Source: Paraspadella gotoi
Lineage: Eukaryota > Animalia > Chaetognatha
Length of the DNA stretch: 64,000 nt
Assembly (NCBI GenBank): GCA_051294375.1
Contig: CM119268.1
Location: 23,664,035 to 23,728,034, forward strand
Direction: 5' to 3'
Every line of letters starts with the position of its first letter. The stretch's first letter is position 1. The position numbers and the translations under genes were made by a program. Of this stretch, positions 55,280 to 64,000 are shown piece after piece. The notes beneath the pieces were generated by a model. It had not been told where the DNA came from. It saw only the letters and a program-made list of their open reading frames with translations, and did no database searches.

Positions 55280-57720
55280 AGAAGATGGAGGGAGGGATTC
55301 TGGAAGAAGAGGGAGGGAGGAGGAAGTTTCTTGTGAAGGAGAGAGAGGAGGAAGGAAGGAGGAGTCTGTAAGAAGAGAGGGAGGGAGGTAGTTCTTGTGA
55401 GAGATAGAGAGGGAGAGGAGGTTTCTTGTGAGAAAAAGGAAGGAGGTTCCTTCGTAAGAGAGAGGGGGAGGAGGAGGTCTGGTAGAGAAGAGAAGGAGGA
55501 GGAGGAGTCTTCTGTGAAGAGGAGAGGAGGGAGTTACTTTGCTGTAGAGAGAGCAGGGGGAGGAAGGAGGTTCTGTGAAGAGGAGAGAGGGGGCAGGTCT
55601 TCCGTGTGAGAGGAAAGAGAAGGAGGCGAGGAACGGGAGGCGAGGTTTCTCTCCTAGTGAAGAAGAGGAGCGAACGCGGAGCGAGGGAGTCTTCATCTTG
55701 TGAGCAGCGAAGAGAGGGATGAGGAGTTTCTTGTAGAGAGAAAGAGGAGGAGAAGGGAGTTTTAGTGAACAGGAAAGGGAGCGAGGGAGGGAAATTCTTG
55801 TGAAGGAAGAGGGAGTCAGGAGCGCGTTGCTGTGAAGGAGAGACAGGGAGGGAGGTTCTTGTAATGAGAGCAGGAGGGAGGGAGGTGAGGGTTCTTGTGA
55901 GAGGAGGAGAGTGGAGGGAGAACGGGGAGTCTGTGAGAGAGAGAGGGGAGGAGGGAGCGAGGTTCGTGAAGAGGAAGAAAGGGAGGAAGGGAGGGAGTTT
56001 TCGTTGTGAGAGAGAGAGGGACGGGAGAAAGGGAGGGAGGTTTGCTGTGGAGGAGGAGGGAGAGGAGGAGGGAGGCGAGGGATTGTCTTGTGCAGAGGAT
56101 GAGAGGGAGGGATGGGAGAGAGGTCTCTTTGTTCGAGAGGAGAAGACGACAGGGAGGGGAGGGCGGCTTTCTCTTCTGAGGAGGAAGAGGGAGGAGGAAG
56201 GGCGGGGTTTCTCTTTGAGAGGGAAAGGAGCGCCGACAGGGGAGGCCGCGGCAGGTTCTGTGACGAGGAGAACCGAGGACGGCCGCAGTCTCGTTCGGGT
56301 GAGGAGGGAGCGAGGGATGCGCGAGGGAGGGCAGCGTTCTTGTCGAGCAGCACGAGAGGCAGGGAGGGAGGGAGGTGTCTCTATGTCCGAGGACAGACGG
56401 AGGGAGGTTTCTTGTCGAGAGAGCAGAGGAGGGAGGGAGGGAGGTTTCTTGTGAGAGGAAGGGGAGGGAGGGAGGGAGGTTTCTTGTGAGAGAGAGAGGG
56501 GAGGGAGGAGGGGAGGTCTTGTGTAGGAGGCAGAGGAGGAGGGAGGGAGGAGGTTCTTGTGATTAGGAGAGAGAGGGGAGGGAGGTTTCTGTAGTGTAGA
56601 GAGAAAGGTGAGAGGGAGGAGGTCTGTGAGACGGAGAGGGGAGGAGGGAGGGAGGGTTCTTGTGAAGGGAGAGGCAGGGACGGGAGGGGAGGGAGGGAGA
56701 GGTAGGTTTCTTGTGAGAAGAGAGAGGGAGCGAGGGAGGGAGGTTCCTTGTCCGAAGGCAGAGAAGAGGGAGGACGAGGAGGATTTGATTTTCTCTGTTG
56801 AGTTTTGATTTGTTTTCCGGTTTTGTGAAAGAAAGAAATGGGTTTTTCGTGTTGCAGGTGTAGTGATGTTTTCTTTGATTGAGTAGAGGAGGTGGGTTTT
56901 TAGGCGGACGGGTGGCGAACGGAGGTTCCTGGAGATGAGAGAGGGAAGGTGAGGGGTAAGGTTTTCTGTGAAGAGAGAGGAGGGAGGGAGGGAGGCGTTT
57001 CTTTGTAGAGGCAGAGAAGCGGAGGAGGCGAGGAGGAGCGTTTCCTGTGAGAGGAAAGAGGAGAGAGGGAAGGTTCTCTGCCTGTGACGGGAGCGGAGGA
57101 GGGAGTTCTTGTGGAAAGAGAGGAGGAGGGAAGGAAGTTTCGGTGCGAGCTGCTAGAAGGAGAGGGAGAAGTTCTTCTTGTGAAGAGGAAGAGGAGTAGC
57201 GGCGAGGCGAGGGAGGGAGGTTCTGTGAGAGAAGAGAGAGGAGGAGATGGCGAGTGTCTTTGTGAGAGAGAGGAGGGGGGGAGGGCAGGACGGAGCGGAG
57301 GTTTCCTTTGTAGCGAGGAGGTGAGCGAAGTTCTTCTGTCTTGTGAAGGGAGAAGAGGGGAGGGAGGAGGTCTTAGTGAGCAAGGAGAGCAGGAGGGGGA
57401 GGAGGTGAGTTTCTGTGAGAGAGGACGGAGGGAGGTTTCTTGAGCAGACAAGGGAGGGAAAAGGGCCGAGGTTCTTCTTGTGAGAGAAGAGGGAGGGAGG
57501 CCAGACGGCGTTTCACCGCGCCCTATCGTTCCTCTTGTGAGAGGAGAGGAGGGAGAGGGAGGGCAGTGAGTTTTTGTTTCCTCTTTGTGTAGAGAGAAAG
57601 GCGAGGGAGGAGGGAAGGTGTCTTGGTTGAGCAGGAGGGAAGGGAGGGGACAAGGAGCGAGGTTTTCTCTTCATCTCTACTACTTGTGTTGAGAGGGAGA
57701 GAGGGAGGAGGAAAAGGCGG
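55280..57720. repeat. G/A-rich ~30-bp satellite (gagggagggaggtttcttgtgaga...), error-rich
   Basis: Recurring ggaggtttcttgtga core flanked by GGA/GAG runs over ~2.4 kb, ending at a gap. Confidence 0.8.
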
Positions 57721-60039
57721 NNNNNNNNNNNNNNNNNNNNNNNNNNNNNNNNNNNNNNNNNNNNNNNNNNNNNNNNNNNNNNNNNNNNNNNNNNNNNNNN
57801 NNNNNNNNNNNNNNNNNNNNTAAACAAGCATATTAAGAACGTGAGAGTAGGTATACATTAGGGAGTACAAAAAAGAAATAATTTTGCTTAATATTTGTTT
57901 GGGGAACAGTATCCCATTAATTAGGCATATATACTTATAGTGAATATTCCTTAATAGAATCATAATTTTAAAAAAATAATTTTTTAAAGATTTTGTCTTA
58001 AGATTCTGATTCTTCATAGAAAAGTTAGATCAAAAATATATAGAATCTTGGTATTAAAAATTTCAATGTCTTCAGAGCGGTCCAAAAATGGAAAAAAAAA
58101 ATGTTCCAACTTCTTTATACTTTGTAGTACGAAACTATTATATTGATGAAACGGTTTTGGTCAATTTTTCGCAGCTTTACAGCCTAAAAAGTAATCATGT
58201 AACAATATTTTTACAAAGTTTTATGATTTTGGATCAAAGAAAAACATCGATTTGGGGAAAACAGTGCTCGAATTTTATTTAGACATAGGCCATTCAACCA
58301 GTTCTTAGCTGGGTTCAGTTATCTGCAAGGACCAGAGAAAATTGTGGTGAGGTAAAAAAATTATTTACAAATAAAGAGAAGCGTGAGAGGAAGAAAGGAG
58401 GAGACTCAGGCACTGTTTCGCGCAAATCGATGGTTTTTCTTTATCAAACTACTCGGTGCATGAGATGTACACTTAAACAAAGTTTCTTACTGATTTTTTA
58501 TCAAGGATATTAATAATGGTAACAGCTGGGTTGCTATGATAGCCTCATTGGGATGGGACATCTCACTCTATGGGCTATTGGGAGGCTTACCGACCCTCAG
58601 TGACGCCTTCCACGTCACACTGGCCGCGGTTACACTAGGACGGTCTGCTTTGGGGCCATACGGCAGAGGGAAGTCCGTTAGGACGTGGAATGAAACAATA
58701 CGCCCTGGGATGGTTCAGATCTGACTCGTAGTTATCCATTACCATAAGTTCTGAAGTTCCAAATTGGGTGCGTAGAGCAATGGGCTTACCGGAAGGGGGA
58801 GTAGCCAATATCAAGACAAAAACTCTCTTTCAAAATTATCAATTTGTAGCTGCGACGGTTACAGAGCTTGCCGTCTCAGAACTTATAGCTTGTTTGATCA
58901 CTCAAATAAAATTTATGTTCCCCAGTGCTTACTCTACTAAGTATTCGGCAAAATGATTTTTAAAAAAAGAAGTAATATTTGACTGAATGCGACAATACAA
59001 AAAATTACCACAATGAATTAAGAATAATACGTTAATAATATTTTACATTTTTGTTAAAACTTCTTTAAAGCAGTCTCGGATCGATTCCTTTTGAATTTTA
59101 TCTGAATTTTATCCGCAGAAAAATCCCGTCATTTAACAATTATCTCCATTCTATTCTTAGAAACTTGTCGAGTCTTTCTTAGTATTCGTAGTGAACACGA
59201 GTTTTTTTATTTCTATTATTAGCATTGTTGTGGTCCCTCTGCCCTTTACTGTACCACATTTTGTGGTTTTTGATTTTGCGTATTTTTTTTGAATGTTTAT
59301 TAACTAGACGTTTTTCGGTTTTTTACTGTTTCTGGTTTTTATGATTTTGACAACTGATCTTTGAACGTTCTTAAACGTTATATTTTATAGTTTCTTATGA
59401 ATTAGTTCATAACACTTTAATTTTAATTAATAATTCAATTTTAATCAATTTTATTTCAAACCTTAGTGTATTTTTATTTTGTTGAATTTAATACATGTTT
59501 ATCGTTTTCCAGTCTTTTACCCCGTCACTGACACTGCTTTTCATTATGTTAATACTGTTTTTGATATTAATAAAAACAAGTTGTCAAAACGGACGATTAT
59601 CTGAACCAATCAGCGGGTTTTTTTCATTTTGGGAAATTCTCCGATGCGTGCCTATATAAAGAATACCTTGAAAGACGAGTTGACTATCTCCTTTCTCCTT
59701 TCTCCCGCTACTCATGCGTTTTAATTTGTTTTATGTTTGACGCTGAAGATACTATCAGATACTAAATATAACAAAATAAGATTAAATATATTGTAGTTTA
59801 TGTTTCCCTTACAACACAGCGAAAATAATTTATTTTACGTCATATTTATACGAGTATTGCTCCAATTATTATAATTGTTAAATTCCTCGAATCCAATTTT
59901 CGTATCTAAGAGCTCCATTCTACTATGTATTCAAATTAATTTTTAGCCGGTTATTACTTTAAAACGTTGACAATATATACCCTACATTACATCCTACAAG
60001 GCTACAACATATTTATATTTTAAACACGCTGTATCGCCA

Positions 60040-61165
60040 TTTTTAGCCGGATCTGCTTACAACAGATTCCGGCTCTATAATTCACTTTGTCGGTCCGTCG
60101 GTCCGCCCCCTCAATCTTGTCGGGCATTAACTTATTTCATGTCAGAACATCGAATTATGATAAATTATGCAAAAAAAAAAGTATGTCCTTCCGTCAGTCT
60201 GTCCCTCCATTCGTCCGTCCGTCCGTCCCCCACCCTTAGCTTTGAACGCCAATTACTCATGATTGTATGGGGTGATTGACTTGAAATTTTGTTTGTGGGT
60301 GGGAAAGTGTGTGATTGAGCAGGAAATAAAGTTTCGATGGAATCGTATGAGTGAAAATTAGTTAAAATGGAGAAAACAAACAATCTATTTCACAATTTGA
60401 TTATGCTTTTTTTTCTTTTCATATTAAATGTAAATTTTTAATTACTAATTATTATTAATTATAAATTAGTAACTATTAATAAATTAGTAATTAATTAATG
60501 ATTTTGTAATTAATTAATTTGTGATCGAGATTGTTGTTTTGTAATTGAGCATCGAGACAAAGTTTAAAACGATTTTGACTCAAAAAAAAATTAATATTAT
60601 TTAATTAATTGATTAATTAATTATCTGATCAGCTGCTAACCGCTCATGATCGTGGGCAGAGATGGCATTGTTTGCTAAAACTTGTTAGTCTATAATCCAC
60701 TTTGTCGGTCAGCCCCCTCAATCTTGTCGGTCATTCACTTAAATCATGTCAGAACATTGAATTATGATAAAATATTTAAAAAAATAATGTCCGTCAGTCT
60801 GTCTGTCTGTCAGTCTGTCCGTCCATCCCCCTTAGCAAAAAACTCCAATTATTCATGATTGAATGAATGGATTGGAATGAAATTTTGTGTGTGAGTAAGA
60901 AAGTGTGTGTTTGTGCTGAATATGAATTTTCGATCGAATCGCGTGGGTGGAAATGAGTTTAAATGGAAAAAACATAAGTGACATTCATGTAAATCTATTT
61001 ACTAATTTTAACCCATAATTACTCGAATTAATCCTAATTGGATTGATAGATGGAGATGAAATTTTTTGTGTTGGTAGGAAAGTGTGTGATTGAGCTTGAT
61101 ATAAAGCTTTGATGGAATCATGCAAGTGAAAGTGAGTTTAAATGGAAAGAACATAAGTCACTTTT
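60040..61165 (+). mobile_element. Two tandem DINE-1/pearl-like elements
   Basis: tttttagccggatctgc...ctataattcactttgtcggtccgtcggtccgcccc; GTCC/GTCT microsatellites; 3' atcgtgggcaga..cattgtttgct at ~60650. A second unit starts at ~60686. Confidence 0.7.
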
Positions 61166-61239
61166 ATTTGAATCTTTTTAATAAAGAGAGACCGAAAGAG
61201 GAGAGAGGTATCAACATATTTATCACGCCTTTCTTTACT

Positions 61240-62510
61240 ACTACATACTGATCCTCATACGGCTCTTATAATTCACTGTTGGGTTCGGTCCGTCGGTCCG
61301 CCCCCTCACTCTCATAGACAGAGGTCATTAACTTAATCTTCATGGAGCTCAGAACTACGCTATTATCGTATAACCATTATTGCAAAAAAAAGAACTGTCC
61401 TTTGGCATATCTTCGTCAGTTTGTTCCGTCATTATGCGCGTTCTTTTTAGTTTAGCGCGATTAGCGCGTGCGTCTTGATGCCCGCACCCTTACGGTACTT
61501 GAAACGCCGCATTTATCCTGCATCTATTTGTTTTACGGGGTGTATTTGCACTGGGTTCTTAATGCTATGATAAATTTTGATGTTTGCTGTGGTGGTAAAA
61601 TTTGTGTGCCGAGATGCAGACAAAAAATAAAGTCTTCGATGGAATCCGTATGAGTGAAAACTTTACGTTTTAAAATGGAGAAAAAACATAACTAAATCTA
61701 TTTCACATTAATTTGATTATGCTGTTTTTTTCTTTCTCATTATAATGTAAATTTTTAATTACTAATTCTTATTATTAATTATAAATTAGTAACTAATTAA
61801 TAAATTAGTAAATTTATTAATGATTTTGCTAATTAATTAATTTTGTGATCGATGATTGTTGTTTTGTAATTGAGCATCGAGACAAAGTTTAAAAACGATT
61901 TTGACTCAAAAAAAAAATTAATATTATTTAATTAATTGATTAATTAATTATCTGATCAGCTGCTAACCGTCTCATGATCGTGGGCAGAGATGGCATTGTT
62001 TGCTAACAACTTGTTAGTCTATAATCCACTTTGTCGTGTCAGTCCCCTCAATCTTGTCGGTCATTCCACTCATTTTCTTAAACTTAAATAGTCAGAACAT
62101 TGAATTATGATAAAATATTTAAAAAAATAAATGTCCGTCAGTCTGTCTGTCTGTCAGTCTGTTCCGTCTCATCCCTCCTTAGCAAAAAATCCAATTATAT
62201 CAACTGATTAGAATGGAATGGATTGATGAAGAAATTTGAAAGTTATAATTTGCTGATGTGATGTTAGAAAGTGTGTAGGGATCTAGAGATGCTGATATAA
62301 ATTTTCGATCGAATTTCGATCGATAGGGGTGGCTCAAATATGTATGTTTACATAGAAAAAACATAAGTTGACTCTCATTTGGTTACACGTAACTTTATCT
62401 ATTAACTTTTAAGACACTCTCCATAACTTTACCGATTAATCCTATCAGTTGTTGGAGAGCTAATTGTGATTGAATAGAATCGGAGATGAATTTTTGTATA
62501 TGTGTAGGAC
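61240..62510 (+). repeat. Indel-rich duplicate of 60050-61080
   Basis: Collinear match, e.g. gagcatcgagacaaagttt..gactcaaaaaa at 60547 and 61872. Confidence 0.8.
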
Positions 62511-62539
62511 ATATTTGTTGTGTATTAAGAAGAGTCTTT

Positions 62540-63225
62540 GAGTGTTATATTTTTAAGTGGTCGTGAGACTAAAACCAACCGTTCACTATAACGTACATCG
62601 ACTTCATCAAAATCATAAAAACATCTTTCATCAACTCGACAAGTCATGGCCATTGTGCGCCGTGATGTCAGAGTCATAAAACGTCGCAACTCCCAACCCA
62701 AAAGGGCTCCAGGGTTTTCTAGTGCCCTAGATTGGTCGTCTGGCAGTTAAATGATGGGATGGGGCGCTTAACCCGCCTGTAACGATCGTGCTCGTCTACT
62801 CTACAGCCTGAATTCCGAAAGCTCTCACGGACTGCACAAGGGTTTATTATTTAATTAGAAAAAGATACTTCGAACTTCAAAACACATCAGAGAATCACTG
62901 AGTCTCTTCCTATTGGTTTGAGTTAAATAGCCCGACCTTCCGACCACAGCAAGAGCAAACGAAACAAAGCTTTTTCCAAGTGTTACAACATGCCTGCTCA
63001 ATCCCTGGCCGAAGTTGTCATATTACTCTTTCCGCCCCACAAACACATCAGCGCCGACCATGCCTCAATTTGGTGGACGCGCATCTTCCACAACAACAAC
63101 AATTCACTCACAGAGACCCACACACCAGACAATCCTTCTACGGGAGGGGGCGGATGTATGGTGGACTAAAACCCACCAACCGTTCATCAGGGGACTTATA
63201 CCTTGAACGGTTCTATCACTAACAC
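62540..63225 (+). mobile_element. Degraded AP-endonuclease domain of an L1/Tx1-like non-LTR retrotransposon
   Basis: Motif-like peptides in the expected order across frameshifts: ETK, VMAIVRRDV, GRLAVK, PVTIVLVYS, LNLVDA..FTHRD, LERFY (cf. QETK, GVAIL, GR, INVYAP, L.D.W..FT, RLDRFY). Confidence 0.5.
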
Positions 63226-63394
63226 ATTAACAATCACATCAGCTGTCTCTTCAATATAAAGCTTTTGATGGAGATAAAAATGTATCTCAAGTCGAAAAGT
63301 GAGTTAAATGCGAAATATGTACTACCAACTGTTTAATTATGAATCGATTTATAAATACATTCTTTAATCCATCAATTAATCGATTAATCATAAT

Positions 63395-63955
63395 TGTGAT
63401 GTGTTTGGATGTAGTATATGAGCACTTGAGTTGTGGGTAGGAAAGTGTGTGACATGAGCAACAGTAATATNNNNNNNNNNNNNNNNNNNNNNNNNAAAGT
63501 TTCGTTGGAATTGAGGAGTGGAAATGAGTTTGCATGAAGTTGACATGAATTTTTATTATTTATGCTTATTCTTATATGTTTTAATTAATTAATTAACTAA
63601 TTAATTAATTATTTAAAGTGTAAAAATCATGCAAGTTTTAAAAAAATGATTGTAGTTGATAAAATTATGCTACTAGTTGAAAAAATGAGGCAAATTAAAA
63701 AAAATGATGCAAGTTAAAAAAATGATGCAAGTGGATACAAAATAATATTTAAAAAAAAACTTGTTTGTACCATAGTAACAGTTCAGTTTAATCCCTTGCA
63801 AGCGATTTAAATGTATAGGCGCAGCCATTGTTTTAGTATAGTACGATCTGTTATGATCAGTGAGGATCACAAATTCAAAGGATTATCATGATTTATCATC
63901 TGATTAGCTGATTACCGCTTAATTATCGTAGGCAGATCCGACATTGTTTTGCCAG
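63395..63955 (+). mobile_element. 3' part of DINE-1/pearl-like element
   Basis: gtgggtaggaaagtgtgtga..aaagtttcg..ggaaatgagttt, aaaaatgatgcaagt subrepeats (as at 806-910) and 3' tatcgtaggcagatccgacattgttt. Confidence 0.55.
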
Positions 63956-64000
63956 TTATTGAAATGGCTTGCCGACCCGTTCCGTTGAAGCCTCCTTTCG

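Noticed and set aside
55271-57451. Long Pro/Ser/Leu- or Gly/Arg/Glu-rich ORFs (up to 360 aa)
   Set aside because: They arise from stop-poor GA/CT satellite; no domain or splice evidence.
58500-58900. GC-richer patch with a faint BEL/Pao-like peptide (KPIALRTQFG, minus strand)
   Set aside because: A single weak motif with no LTRs or other domains; cannot be supported.

Overview
This is AT-rich, microsatellite-laden eukaryotic (invertebrate-metazoan-like) genomic DNA with spliceosomal introns, N gaps and several stretches that look like unpolished long-read sequence with many indels. Genes reconstructed by hand: a 2-exon CD225/dispanin membrane protein (+, 2870-4288); a complete but unusually divergent 7-exon, 377-aa actin (-, 10312-14295) with a TATA-like box, a CArG-like box and regularly spaced CCAAT boxes; a DEG/ENaC channel gene (-, ~33446-38410) with a noisy second copy (~23560-26330) and a third 3' fragment; and a 6-exon SEA-type transmembrane mucin (-, 43299-50575). 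Mobile DNA includes L1/Tx1-like fragments at both window ends, DINE-1/pearl-like non-autonomous Helentron-type elements, a TA-flanked TIR element, a foldback MITE and a second dispersed repeat family. The most unusual pattern is that intron ends in several genes are built of tandem, decaying copies of the adjacent exon-intron junction, including copies of the splice sites.
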